Shown here piece by piece: positions 29,301-44,019 of a DNA stretch of 64,000 nt. The position numbers and the translations under genes are program-made. Source of the DNA: Eledone cirrhosa (taxonomy: Eukaryota); the NCBI GenBank assembly GCA_964016885.1, contig OZ024745.1, positions 17,422,001 through 17,486,000 of the forward strand, written 5' to 3'. Position 1 is the first letter of the stretch. Each line of letters begins with the position of its first letter. Below the pieces are notes generated by a model that was not told where the DNA came from, made no database searches, and saw only the letters and a program-made list of their open reading frames with translations.

Positions 29301-29875
29301 ATGAAATTTAATTAGATTCCTTTCAATCAACCTTAATCTTTATCTCCGCCAGCTACTCACACTAAACACCACTAATTGTTTCCTTCTGAAAACTAATTCA
29401 CGTTAGACCGTTATTAAACTAATTAACTATATCTAAATTAGTATATCTTAAATTACATATAGATTGAGTAGAGTGCTGCTATATGTTATTTCATTCAACT
29501 AGAAGCGAAGTTACTTTGTAACTGAAAATCTTCACAACTGAAAATTTGAACAGGAATAAAGTTTTAGTTTATGCAAAATTGCCTTCGTCGTATTCATTTT
29601 AGTATTTAAATAAAATGATTCCTGCCGAGTAGTCATATGATTCTGTCCCGATATGGCGTAGGCATGATTAAACGTATCCATTGATGCTCTGTTCGATTAA
29701 ACCTGTAGACATATCAACTAAAATCTCTCGCACAAAAATATAGCCGTTTTTTAAAAGGAATATAAACTATATATAATTATCCTTTAAAAAAATGAAAATG
29801 GCTAAAGGATAACTGATGGAATGCCTTCGGTCAACCACAGCTCGAAAAAAAAAATAACATACCATATTATATATT

Positions 29876-30056
29876 GAATTGGCAGTAACGTTAGAGGGTC
29901 GGACACCATGCTTTGCAGCAAAGAGCTTTGGCCCTTTATGGTCTGAGTTCAAATCCCGCCGAGGTTAACTTTGTCTTTCATCCTTACGGGGTTGATAAAA
30001 TAAATAACCAGTAATACACCGAGATAATTGCTGGCCTTGTACCAAAAGTAGATACA
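29876..30056 (+). mobile_element. SINE family A
   Basis: TGGCAGTAACG..GAGTTCAAATCCCGCCGAGGTTAAC.. Confidence 0.9.
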
Positions 30057-30786
30057 ACTATATATTGAAATAATTAAAATTATAATTTGACCAATAAGTT
30101 TCTGAATTTATCATTTCTGGTGTGATATCTGAACTGTGGATAATAGTACAAGGACAATTGGTATTGATCAAATTGGTGTTGATCAAATATGTTATATGTG
30201 TCTTGATAGTGAAAACTAGTTGAAGTTAGTTTGGCGATTATTGGTATATCGTTTTCTATGAGTGATAAAGTGCCTACCTATATAAGTGCCAATTATAATT
30301 TATATGGGAGAGGGGTAGTAAATATTTAAGAACATTATTATTAGTTGCAAACAATGTGAAAATCGTTATTCCCTTTATTAAGAATAATAGCTCTCCTTGT
30401 GTACTTTTAGTGTGGTTCCGGTTGTTTCAGGCATTCACGGTAGTTATTCGATATACCCGCGAAAGATTAAAGATATAAACCAAACTGCTACATCAAACCA
30501 CCTAGATTTCAGGTAATAAACATATGCTTCCTAAAAAAAAAATGCAACTCGTTCTTCTTACTAAATTGAAATGACTTGTATCACAGACTGTCTTTCATAT
30601 TGTCTATGAAAAAAACGTAGCCTGTGGAAAGTGTCATTACATGTAATCGGAGTATGCATGCATATATAATTAAATCATAAACATTGAAAAAGAATACATG
30701 TATACAACCACACACAAACTCACACACGCACACACACACACACTCAGACACACACACACACACACACATAAATACACACACACACG

Positions 30787-30835
<49 letters not shown>

Positions 30836-32499
30836 ATGTGTTTGTGTGTATGTGGGTGTGTATGTGTGTGTATGTGTGTCTGTGGATATAAAAAGGAAAA
30901 CTTTAATTTAAATTGCAGGCAGTTATGTTATTCCCTTTCAAGAGTATGTAACTTTCATATATATCGTTTCTAATTGAATAGCTTTAATTATTCTAAACAG
31001 AGGGAGAATACTATTTTTTTTTATTCAGAAAGTGATAACATTTCATTTATTGTGTAATTCCTCATCTTTATATCTACTATTCGGATATATTTCCACCTCT
31101 ACGCAAACATCTCTTCTAACAATACATATACGTTCTATTTTTGTATCTTATTCACGTCATAATCATTGTCAGCCACAATGGTATAAAAGTTAGCTTTAAG
31201 TTCTGCTATAACAGATGCAAGTACCAAAAAACCAAAAAACCGCTTGAAAGCTAATGTGTAAATCAACAAAAATATTTGTCGAGATAGCTATACGCTTTCT
31301 AAAGAATGCCCTTTAAACAATTCCAATACTTTCAAGATCAATACTTCTTAACTATAGAATGAAAATGAAGCAAATAAATAGCTTTTTTCTGTTATAAATT
31401 CGAATAATAGAAACTGTATTTTTTTCAATCACACTTCTAAACGTATGATGTGTTTTCTTTTTAACTTTATAAAAAAAGTGCACTTCCCGCTCGTAAGATT
31501 ATAATAGATTTTCAAAGATTTCTTCTTGGATTTTTTTTATTGAATCTATCCGATAAATAATTCCATTATTGAGAAATGTTTTCTTTCTATTGTCTTATAT
31601 TTTCTCTTTTCTTTTCCTTGTAAAGAAATTGAATCTGAAAACGTTTTAAAATTTAATATTTTATCTTCATTTTGTGTATCTCATTTTCATATTTGTCTAT
31701 TTTGTTTATTATTTTATTGTATTTTTATATGCTCCAGCAGTTGTCTCTCGAAAGATGAAGTTTTGTATCAAATACGTTTATTGAAAAAAGTGCTGTAATG
31801 TTTTATTGAGACGTTGAATGCCATAGGGAAATTTGGTCATGACAAAATCATTTTCCACTTTGTACGGATGTATTTACCAAACTTTCTCGTGTTTAATGGC
31901 GAAATAAATAAGAAATTTCCCAGAAAAATGCATGGTGTTCATACATATTGCGAAATAATGGAAATATATAAATGTCTTGAAATATATTCATGAAAGAATG
32001 AGAATGACTGATATCTGTATTCAATTACCTTTCATCGATACATAAATATATATATTATATCATTTTACATCTTTCGTGTGTGTTATATTATTACTTATAT
32101 TCAAAATTGTATAGTAAAAGGTAATATATGTAAAGAAAACAAATTATACCTTAACATTATATTTATGAACCGAAATTGGAATGCATGAGAATAAAAGGCT
32201 AACAATATGTCGTCCATGTATTACTGAATATATTAACAGCCAAATTGTTTATACAAGTCGATTATTTACAAACGTGAATTTCACTGATATATATTCATAT
32301 ATTTTCTTAACGATAACATGTCTATTTTCAAAGTGCTTCACATATTTGTTTTTCATCGAAATGCTATTTCATTTAATTGTTTTTGCTAGTCAAAATAGTA
32401 AAAAAAAAACAGTTAAAAAATTGTTTAGTTTATGAAAGAAATATTTTCATATAATGAGCTGAAGGGGTTAATTTTTCATGACAAATGAGAGATTCTGTC

Positions 32500-32815
32500 T
32501 GAATGTCAAATATTTACTCTAAATGAAGATGAATGGATAAACAATATATATGATTTTCTTTAGGGGCGAAATATAAAATGATTGCTTCGTCATTTCACGA
32601 CTTCTAATACATTGTTCATGTTGACAGAAAACTTGTATTGTTTGTAGTTTAGACAAAATATCATTTATGAGTGGTTTGAATCGAATAGAATCATTGTTCT
32701 GAGAAAGGGAATTAGGTATGGCACCGAAGGTATTAGGCACAAGTGTATGAAGGTTATCTAAACTATCAAATGAGACTGGAGTGAATGTAATGCTTTTAAA
32801 GTGAAGAACATCAAA
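32500..32815 (-). pseudogene. Decayed LRR fragment
   Basis: Open frame SFDSLDNLHTLVPNTFGAIPNSLSQNN fits NxLxxLxxxxFxxLxx(L)xLSxN. Confidence 0.45.
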
Positions 32816-33039
32816 TTATATTTTATTTACACTGTTTAAATCATATAGAGGAGAGTATCTTCAGAATAAGGTCGACTTATACATTGTAGAGACTTGGTTG
32901 TTTTTGAAACTGAAATCACTCTGCTTTGTATATGAGCTATATACTTGTTACCGCCAAGCTCAAGATGCATCACGCGCTACATTCGTAGAGATGTACTGTT
33001 GTTTTAAAGCGATATGCAGCAAGGAAGAAAAAGTGTGTT

Positions 33040-34830
33040 AAATAGTAGAAACCAAATAAAATTAAATCATTGCATACATTTCTCTTATATTATTAACAAC
33101 TTTCCTGAACCACAGCATTTAGACACTTTAGTCAAATATTGGAATATAACTCAGGAAGGATCCTTACTGTATTAACGTATGAAGACATTAAAATGCTTTT
33201 CTGTTATTTGAATATTACATAACTTATGTTATTAATGCATCCTCTGATTATATGATTTGATGTATATATTATTATATTATGTATTATACATTCATGTATA
33301 ATACCTAAGTATTACTATGATCGCAGCTCTTTATAACTTTAGCAATATAGCTGAGAATTGTGTAAACTTCATGTTCCCAAATAGCTGGAATACATCTAGT
33401 ACTACGCCTCCGACCTGCGTCTTTCATGAATTATTTAGTTTTTGTAAACATATTTCAGACAAATATTAAGATACTATTACCTTTACATTAACTAAATTAA
33501 TTAGAATATCGTTCTAGGGTTAGATAACCATCATTCCTTTGGAGATGCTGTTAAGTAAAGAATATATATCGAAATATGTATCGATAATTGATTAAAATAA
33601 TTATAGTTAAATAATAAATGTTCTATTCTATATACTTGTAAGTAATTTTTTATATATAACACAATCCGTTGGACATAGCAGTCAAAGACCTCTCATATCA
33701 ATTCCTAATATTTTAATGAAACGAAGTACAAGTTAAAATACAGGATTGTCACGAATGAATGACTTAAGTAGGAACAACGCCAATAAAAAAAAGACAACTT
33801 CAATTACTTCACATAACATTAATTCTGTTTTAAAAATGTTATCTATCGTTCTTGCAAGAATGCTTGCGATTATATTAGTTCCTTAAGCTTTTGGACAAAT
33901 GATATGTTAACTTTGTATATTGTGTCATATACAAGATGCAGTACGACTAACATAATAATATTTGGAAATATTTATATTACTATTATGATTTAGCTCTTAT
34001 TAGCATGTCATGAAAGAAAAAGAGAATCGAGACATATCAATTTAAAGCCGAAAGTGTGTGAAGATTTGCCCAAGCATGTCCGTCCGTTGTTGAGAGCATA
34101 CCAAGATGTTTAGGCTCTTAATAATATATTAAATCGCAGTAACATTTTACAACAGAGACATATGGTGCATCTACAAACACAAATATAATAAGCGAGCATG
34201 AGTTTCTGCACTTCACTGTCATTCACATAAACTCGTAGGTGCAAATACTACAGTATAAATATATCTATAGATTAACATATTATCACCCACAAATGAATTA
34301 ATGCATGGTAATGAATTCATATGTATATATAAAGAGATAATTCAAACAGTATTCTATATAATATCTTATAAAAACAAGTTCGCTAATATAAACAAACATT
34401 AGACAGAAAAGGACCTTGCGAGAGATTTAGAAAAATAAATAGTCGAAGATAAAGAGCAAGTACACACTGAAATCTAAACTATAATAGAGTAAGGATTGCG
34501 GGACTGCGTCCAGAATATATCATTTTTATCCCGTTTGTAAAATAAGTTAGATTACATTGAATAAATAATGAATGAATATTACATAATTTATCTACTAAAT
34601 TTTGTTATTGTCGTTTAAATAGAAATAATTTTGTTGCTTATTTTAAGATTCTTTTAAGATTCTTTAAAATTTTCAAATGTCAACACCCCCGGTTAGCGAT
34701 CGTTTAAATAAACATTCATATATTTCCGTCACTAATTTTTTCCTAATGCAGTTTATATATAATGTTGTCTTTTTTTAATTTATCATGGATTACGTTACTG
34801 ATTACATAAGACAGTGTAACGCAGTCTTCG
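33040..34830 (+). pseudogene. Decayed LRR + LRR-CT + transmembrane gene
   Basis: IAYIS/NNFPEPQHLD, DLSRNN, DC/DCVQNISFL (34494-34528), KCQHPRL, then hydrophobic CSLYIMLSFFNLSWITLLIT. Confidence 0.45.
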
Positions 34831-35314
34831 TTCAATTTCTGTGTATATTGTCAATTACGATTTTATTTTATGTATCATATCTACATGCATATATACTTGT
34901 GTATAATATAAATATGCACACTAAGGGTGGTTTTTCTGCTAGTAGTAATAAATGATATTCGACTTCATCAGATAAGTATTTGTTTTTTATAACATTCCTC
35001 CTCAATGCTCTTTAATAACTGTTTCTCTCTTCATCGATTCAGTCCATCTGAGTTTTCTCCTGCCTTGCATCATCGTGTTGAAAGCTCGCACGTGAAATTA
35101 ATCTGCCTACGGTCTTATGACTGTCGTGGGATGGATTATGTTCACTGAGGCAAATGTTGGTTAAAATTGTACTCGAGTTTATCATCATCTTAGATTTTCA
35201 TCTATATATGTTAAAACATTTATTACTCGAAATGTACACGCAGCCCATGTCATCCTAGTGCATATAATTCTAGGTGAGAGACCTGCACTTATGTTTGAGG
35301 AAGGGTGGGATTTA

Positions 35315-35705
35315 CTTTGGCAGTATCGGTAGAGAGTCGGACGCCATGCTTTGACGCATAGACTTACGGCCTTTGCCATTCTGAGTTCAAATCCCGCCGA
35401 GGTTAACTTTGCCTTTCACCCTTACGGGGTCCATAAAATAAAGTACCAGTAATGCACTGAGTGATTGCTGGCCTTGTGCCAAAAAAGTAGAAACAATTAT
35501 TAGGAAGGTGGATTGGCAGTATCGGTAGGGCGTCGGACATGCTTTGTCCCATAGGGTTCGGTCCTATACTTTCTGAGTTCAAATGTCGCCAAGGTTTTCT
35601 TTTCAACCATACGTGGTGGATGAAGTAAAGCACCAGTGCAGTCGATTTAATCAACTTGGCCCTTCTCCCAGAGAAATTGTTGGCCTTGTGTCAAAATCGA
35701 AATCT
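35315..35705 (+). mobile_element. Two tandem SINE family A copies (35315-35500, 35509-35705)
   Basis: TGGCAGTATCGGTAG head and GAGTTCAAAT B-box twice. Confidence 0.9.
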
Positions 35706-37223
35706 ATTAACACTTATATAAGAGATAATAGATTCAAAACTCAGGAACGCAGCTATTTTTGACCTGATACATTATGTCATTTGCCTATTTAGAAATGAAC
35801 TTGGACAATAACACTGCTCTAATGTTTCCCCTTCACTATTTTATTTTATCAAGAGCTGACCTAGCGATATAGGACTAGTCATCTGTTAGTTTGAATGAGT
35901 CTGATCGAGAGATAAATAATTATATTTATGGGGTTAATTCAATGTAGAATATTAATGTAAAAATGGTGATATTTGGAAGAGCTATTATATTTTAGTTGTT
36001 ACTTTCGAAGAAATAAATTTATGTGTGCAGATATAATATATTTAATAATTCAGAACGTAATATTTCTGGGAAAGTGAGAGAGAAATAAAGATAAGGTGAT
36101 AGATTGTGAATAGCAAGACAGACCTTCGAGAGAGCAACAATTAATCAAAATGGAAACGTAAATATACAGGCAATTATTAGATTATTTATGGTGATTGATT
36201 TGAATATTTGAATTATAATTTTTATCGAGATATTAACGGAAGATTAAACATTTCCATTATGTATACGCTAACGTTTTACACTGACTATCAAAAATCAGGT
36301 TTCTAAACATTTTCTTCGATTTCCTCCACTCTTTACCAAATCATATCAGACGCGCTGCGATTGAGTCATAGATTTTCGCTTTCCTCATCACAAATAGACA
36401 TGAAATTAAAAAAACAAAGACATATACAAACTTGAACAAATAGTCTCATCTTGATCATTAAAGCCACAACAGTAATTTTCTCAGAATGTTAGAGCAACAA
36501 GTTTATTCAATGCAGATACCAGCAAGAGATAGACCTCATTCGTAGGAAGTAAAGTAAAAGACAACACATACTCAATGTTTATTCCAGAGATACATATGTA
36601 TCGTTGGGACGTTCGAAACTATATTACAGGTAATATGTTTAATTTCTTGGGTTTTTATCAAGGTGTATATATATAATTTTGACATATTTAAGAAACTATC
36701 AAAGCTTCTCATATGCACTGATTTTTCAAAGGTTTTATCCATGGAGAATTTCCCAAGACCGCTTCAACTGTCTGTGATCCGTTTCACAACCAAACAGCGC
36801 CCTCCTCATGAACCGGTACCTTTTTTAATGACGATTGCACTAGCATCTAAATGGTCCAACGCCTTGGCCTCCACGTGTGTGAGTCGCACAAAGGCCGTTT
36901 TGGGGATGTCACCGATGAGCTTGTCCTCCACACACTGCCATGCCAACAGAACGTAGGCATTTCCCCCCGACATTCTGCTCTCAACGACATATTAGTAGGG
37001 GCCAGGATGCAGCTGGCTAGCCATCAGAGTTGGCGCCAGCAGTCTTTGACTGCGGAGGCAGAAAGCGCTCGACCGAATTACCTTCTTCCTATTTAAAGGA
37101 GATAATTTCCTCAATGGATCACATTCTCTGCCGCCACCTTAGTCGCTTCATCCGCGTCCCCTCTCTTTCTTCCGTTGCCTAATAGTCATTGTCATGTCCC
37201 TCCTTTCTCCTCATAGGAAGCAA

Positions 37224-37345
37224 TGTTGCCAAAGAAGACGGTATGATCGAAGATATATATTATGTATGATACTATACAGTTCACTAACTGCTATCGATCA
37301 ATCAATATATCAATATGATCAACCCTCTGAAACGATCGTAAAACA
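37224..37345 (+). ncRNA. Degenerate HHR relic with extended stem II
   Basis: TGTTG-CCAAAGA-AGACGGTATGATC..GATCAACCCTCT-GAAA-CGATCG-TA-AAACA; first core box mutated. Confidence 0.45.
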
Positions 37346-37407
37346 ATGAAATGAATATGTAAACTAACTTGACTTTGTTATGATTATCATTGTTAAACTA
37401 ATATCTA

Positions 37408-37451
<44 letters not shown>

Positions 37452-37454
<3 letters not shown>

Positions 37455-37706
37455 AAAACAAGATGGCGTAGGACAGAACAAAGGAGAGGCACAAAACGAA
37501 GAAAAGAATCCCCAGTCACTGAAGAGGTCACAGAATGTGTGACGAAATAACTTTGACAATATATGAACAACCGTTCGGTTATGGAACCAGCCAACCAACC
37601 GCAAATTTATAAATTTAATTTATAATAAATTGGAGTGAAAGCAACTGGTACATGTGGTTCTTATTGGCAACATGACCCTCCCAAAGCATAACAATATATA
37701 TATATA
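37452..37706 (+). mobile_element. Solo pLTR-like repeat with HHR-like motif (37515-37557)
   Basis: GTCA-CTGAAGA-G-GTCACA gaatg TGTGAC-GAAA-TAAC-TT-TGAC; flanked by (TA)n. Confidence 0.7.
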
Positions 37707-37799
37707 TTCGTCTCGGCGGGAGTTCGCCCATCGCCCGCCACTTTGGCTCCCCTGGACATTCCGCGCACGGGGGTGGGGGATTCCGAGTGCGGGGCTGGG

Positions 37800-39522
37800 A
37801 GGTTATCTGTCGGATAGGTGCGATACGTGTCCTCCGCTGTTCGTTGTTTTCAATAACTGAGGTATCAGCAGAGCGCGGGCGCGCGTGAAATGGGGTCGGT
37901 CAAGCAGGGGTCGGCGGCCGAAATAGTTATTTTAATTGTGGGAGTGGGGTGGCGTTAGCTGTCAATACATTGTATTATCTGCCCGTGCTGGTTTCTGTAT
38001 TAGCAGTGTTGAATAGTGTGTGGTGGTGGTAGAATTTCCTGCCTCTTTGATGAATGCTACAAACAGGGACCCGACCTGAAGATCAGAACCCATTGTATCG
38101 AGCGTGGAAGAACCGCTCTACAAAATTCCATGGCTCCTAGCCAGAATACTCAAACCGCATCCTAGACACCTTGCCGCGACACGTAAACAGATCCGATGAG
38201 ATGTTGGAGTGCCTGCATCAAATGTATCCCGACACCAGAAAGGCTAACAGATATGCCTTCAGCCTTGATCTAGTCGCTCTTTACACCTCGGTCCCGGCAC
38301 TCCCGGACGTTAATATACTGATGGAACGCGTCCAATCCACCGATCTACACTGCTTCAGGCTCACACCACAGACATCCAACAAATCCTATCCATCGTTGTT
38401 GACAACACATACTTCGGATTCCTCGACCAAACATACCAGCATACGTCGGGACTGCCCATGGGCTCAAGCCTGTTGTGTGTGCTAGCGATTTTATACATGG
38501 ACAGCCTCGATCGCAAGGGACTCAACACCTGCCATCCCAACGCCGTGGCCTTTTTCACAAGGTACGTGGACGATATCCTCATCCTCACATCTTCCCAAGA
38601 CATGGCGAACAGAATCTATGAGACGTTCAACAACACGGACGAGAACATTGATTTCAGTGTTGAACATCCCAACGATGAAGGGTCACTTGCCCTCCTCGAC
38701 TTCCGAATCAACATCACAGAACAGGGAGGGATCCATTCCAACTTCTACCGTAAAGCAGCCTGCAGGGACCTGTTCCTCCACTACAAGTCCGTCCTCCCTA
38801 ACAGTGCTAAAAGAGGGTACATCACGAACGAGATCATGCGAATTAAAAACAGATGCAGTCATCCCGCGAGTGGTGTCACCCATACCAAGCGATTCCTCAA
38901 AGTGCTGGAGACGAACGGGTAACCTGCCTCACTCACAAACAGAATAAGAGACACCAGACGCAAGAGTTAGAGAAACGCCCAAGGCATGTGATTCCTTAAA
39001 ATACCACACCTGGGCGAGAATACCACCAACGCTATGAGAAATATTATACGGACGGAGGGCCTCGACATCCACCTGGCCCACTCGGGCACCTCCCTGCGAA
39101 GATGCCTGTCCAGGAAACCCGGGTATTCGACTGACGCGTGCTCCCTCAGAAACTGCCCGATGCGCCATACAAACTGTTGCCTACGCACATACGTCGTGTA
39201 TAAGGTAGAATGAAACAAGTGCAACCATTACTATATAGGTAGCACAAACCGGCCGCTACACATCCGGATCAAGGAGCACATCAACACCAGGTCCTCGTCT
39301 TTCCGGTAACACATAACCAAATGCGGAAACAAAGACGGAAGGCCCATTGTCATAGTTCCAGCAACGGAAAGAAACGTCGGCACATTACGAATCAAGGAAG
39401 CACTTTGGATCAAACGCCTAGGGCTACAAATAAATAACCGATCCGAGAGAAGCAAAATGAGGTGGTTGTTTTAAATAAACAAACGAGGCAACAACACACG
39501 CACACACGCGAGACAACAACAA

Positions 39523-39566
<44 letters not shown>

Positions 39567-40222
39567 GCATTCCACCATACGAATATACTACATTGCTAAT
39601 ACAGAAAAACGAGGCAACACACGCACACACCCACATACACTAGCGAGACACAACACACGCACATATTCACACACACACAGTAACATTCACCAATCAGGTA
39701 GAGAATACTACCACCACCACACACTATTCAACACTGCTAATACAGAAACCAGCACGGGCAGATAATACAATGGATTGACAGTTAACGCCACCCCGCTCCC
39801 ACAATTAAAAGAACTATTTCGGCCGCCGACCTCTACTTGTCGACCCCATCTCACGCGCGCGCGTGCTCTGCTGAATACCTCAGATATTCAGAACAACGAA
39901 CAGCGGAGGACACGTGTCGCACCTATCCGACATATAACACCACCCACCCCCAACCAGTTGATGGATGTGAATCCGAAATATAGGGACAATTAAATCTCTC
40001 CCAAGGTAACTCTATCTTGTGTTATTATTTTTATTTTTTACGCTCTTTCCTACGTTCTTCTACACACTATACATCTCATTCCACATTCACTTACATCTCT
40101 CTCTTCACCACCGGATCTTGTTAATCGGAGAATTACCCATCTGCATTGTTGAGGCTTCCAAAACGGCCTAAAGAAAATATATCTTATTATTCCACAAGGC
40201 TTCAAGAAAACTTTAATACTCT

Positions 40223-40225
<3 letters not shown>
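37800..40225 (+). mobile_element. GC-rich PLE (clade unassigned), 5'-truncated with inverted repeat (37800-38031 / 39708-39938)
   Basis: IRPIVS, SLDLVALYTSVP, GLPMGSSL, RYVDDILI, LLDFRI, FYRK, CSLRNCP..VVYKVE*NKCNHYYIGSTNRPLHIRIKEH. Confidence 0.92.
38060..39460 (+). pseudogene. PLE RT + GIY-YIG, disrupted
   Basis: ORFs 38171-38485 and 38458-38922 plus downstream frames with stops. Confidence 0.9.
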
Positions 40226-40292
<67 letters not shown>

Positions 40293-40293
<1 letters not shown>

Positions 40294-40985
40294 AGGGTGG
40301 GTAAAATTCCCGAGATCAATGGACAAGTTCTCTCCAGCTGTCTCTGTCCCTCATTATCGCTGCCATGTCCTGCGTCTCCAACAGACCAGTGTCTGTCCTT
40401 AGGACTTCAACATACGTTAACCTTGGTCTTCCTCTTCCAGTGTGTCCATGTAGGGGCTTCCACAGGAGCACTGATTGAAATGTCAACTCTGGATGTCGGT
40501 GTCATTTCCAGCTAACCTCAGTCTCCTCTGTGTCACTTTTGAGCTGACTTTTGGGAGGCTCCCATACAGTTCTGAGTTATTCATCCTCAGTGTATATTGA
40601 TTAATGTTCAGAGCCATCCTCAGCATTCTCGTGTAGCACCCATCCACCATCTGAGTGAGTTTCTTGGTCATTGTCCTGATGGGATGACAGAGTTCTTTGA
40701 GATACTGGCTGGAGTGCTCCAGGGAGATACATTGGCTCCCTACCTTTTTATCATCGTAGAGGACTATTGTATGCGCCTTGCACTGGAGAAACACCACGAC
40801 TCTGGCTTTACTGTAACACCGGCTCAGAGCAAGAGAGTTAAGGCGAAAAAGGTATCAGATGCTGAATTTGCCGACGACATAGTTTTGGTTACACACACAG
40901 TGAAGGAGGCAGAGGATTTGATGCACGAGATTGAGACTGTGTCGATGAGTGTGGGGCTGAGAATGAATGAGACTAAAACAAAATA
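40293..40985 (-). mobile_element. RTE-type (RTE-X-like) LINE fragment with internal inversion
   Basis: Plus 40672-40985: GVLQGDTLAPYLFII..FADDIVL..GLRMNETKTKY; minus 40293-40676: DGCYTRMLRMALN..NSELYGSLP..RRLRLAG; bounded by (TA)n. Confidence 0.88.
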
Positions 40986-41283
40986 TATATATATATATAC
41001 AAATAAAAGGCAGAGTTAATAACTCATACTGATACCCTGTAATTAACAAGCTCAAAGTAAAAATACTGAGCATTTTAATAATATATGTAGTAATAAACAG
41101 TAAATCGTGTGTCTAAAATTACGAGGGTTGAAATACTACATTTGTTTGAGAAATTTAATCAGAAGAAAACGGAATATACATAAAATAAAATAAAATATAT
41201 ACAGCCCGCCTCAATAACTATTAGATCTCCCGGACAGAATAGGGATTTAATCTGTATATATATATATATATATATATATTTAA

Positions 41284-41329
<46 letters not shown>

Positions 41330-41358
41330 AAAGAATAGAGGTGTAACACACAAGTTAT

Positions 41359-41754
41359 TATATATTGGTAAACGGAATAGAAAATGCTGACAAATTGTTC
41401 ACAGTTGAAAATGGTTTAATTAGGAATAAAAGAGTATTAGTGATTGTATGGGTTAGTATTCAGTTGTGGTTTTATGTTTTTAAGTTTTTACCGGTTGCGC
41501 ATTTCTAAATGCTTTTCAAAAATAATTTTGAGATAGAGTGTCCGTGTTGTTTGCTCAGATCAGAGCAAACAACACGGACACTCTATCTCAAAATTATTTT
41601 TGAATAGCATTTAGAAATGCTCAACCGGTAAAAACTTAAAAACTTAAAACCACAACTGAATACTAACCCATACAATCACTAATACTCTTTTATTCCTAAT
41701 TAAACCATTTTTCAACTGTGAACAATTTGTCAGCATTTTCTATTCCGTTTACCA

Positions 41755-41761
<7 letters not shown>
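41359..41761. repeat. Palindrome of a Neptune-like pLTR, ~198-bp arms, 6-nt loop
   Basis: ..GTTGTTTGCTC agatca GAGCAAACAAC..; arm homologous to 54615-54760. Confidence 0.95.
41486..41522 (-). ncRNA. HHR-like variant (UUGAAAA / GCAA core)
   Basis: TTT-TTGAAAA-GCATT taga AATGC-GCAA-CCGG-TA-AAA. Confidence 0.5.
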
Positions 41762-41786
<25 letters not shown>

Positions 41787-41822
41787 TGAAAAGCCTACGT
41801 TTCTACACGAAACGAAGGTTAT

Positions 41823-44011
<2,189 letters not shown>

Positions 44012-44019
44012 GTACATCA

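Noticed and set aside
37850-37940. CTGAGG..GAAA hammerhead-like spacing in the inverted arm
   Set aside because: Antisense to the element, core incomplete, no clear stem II closure
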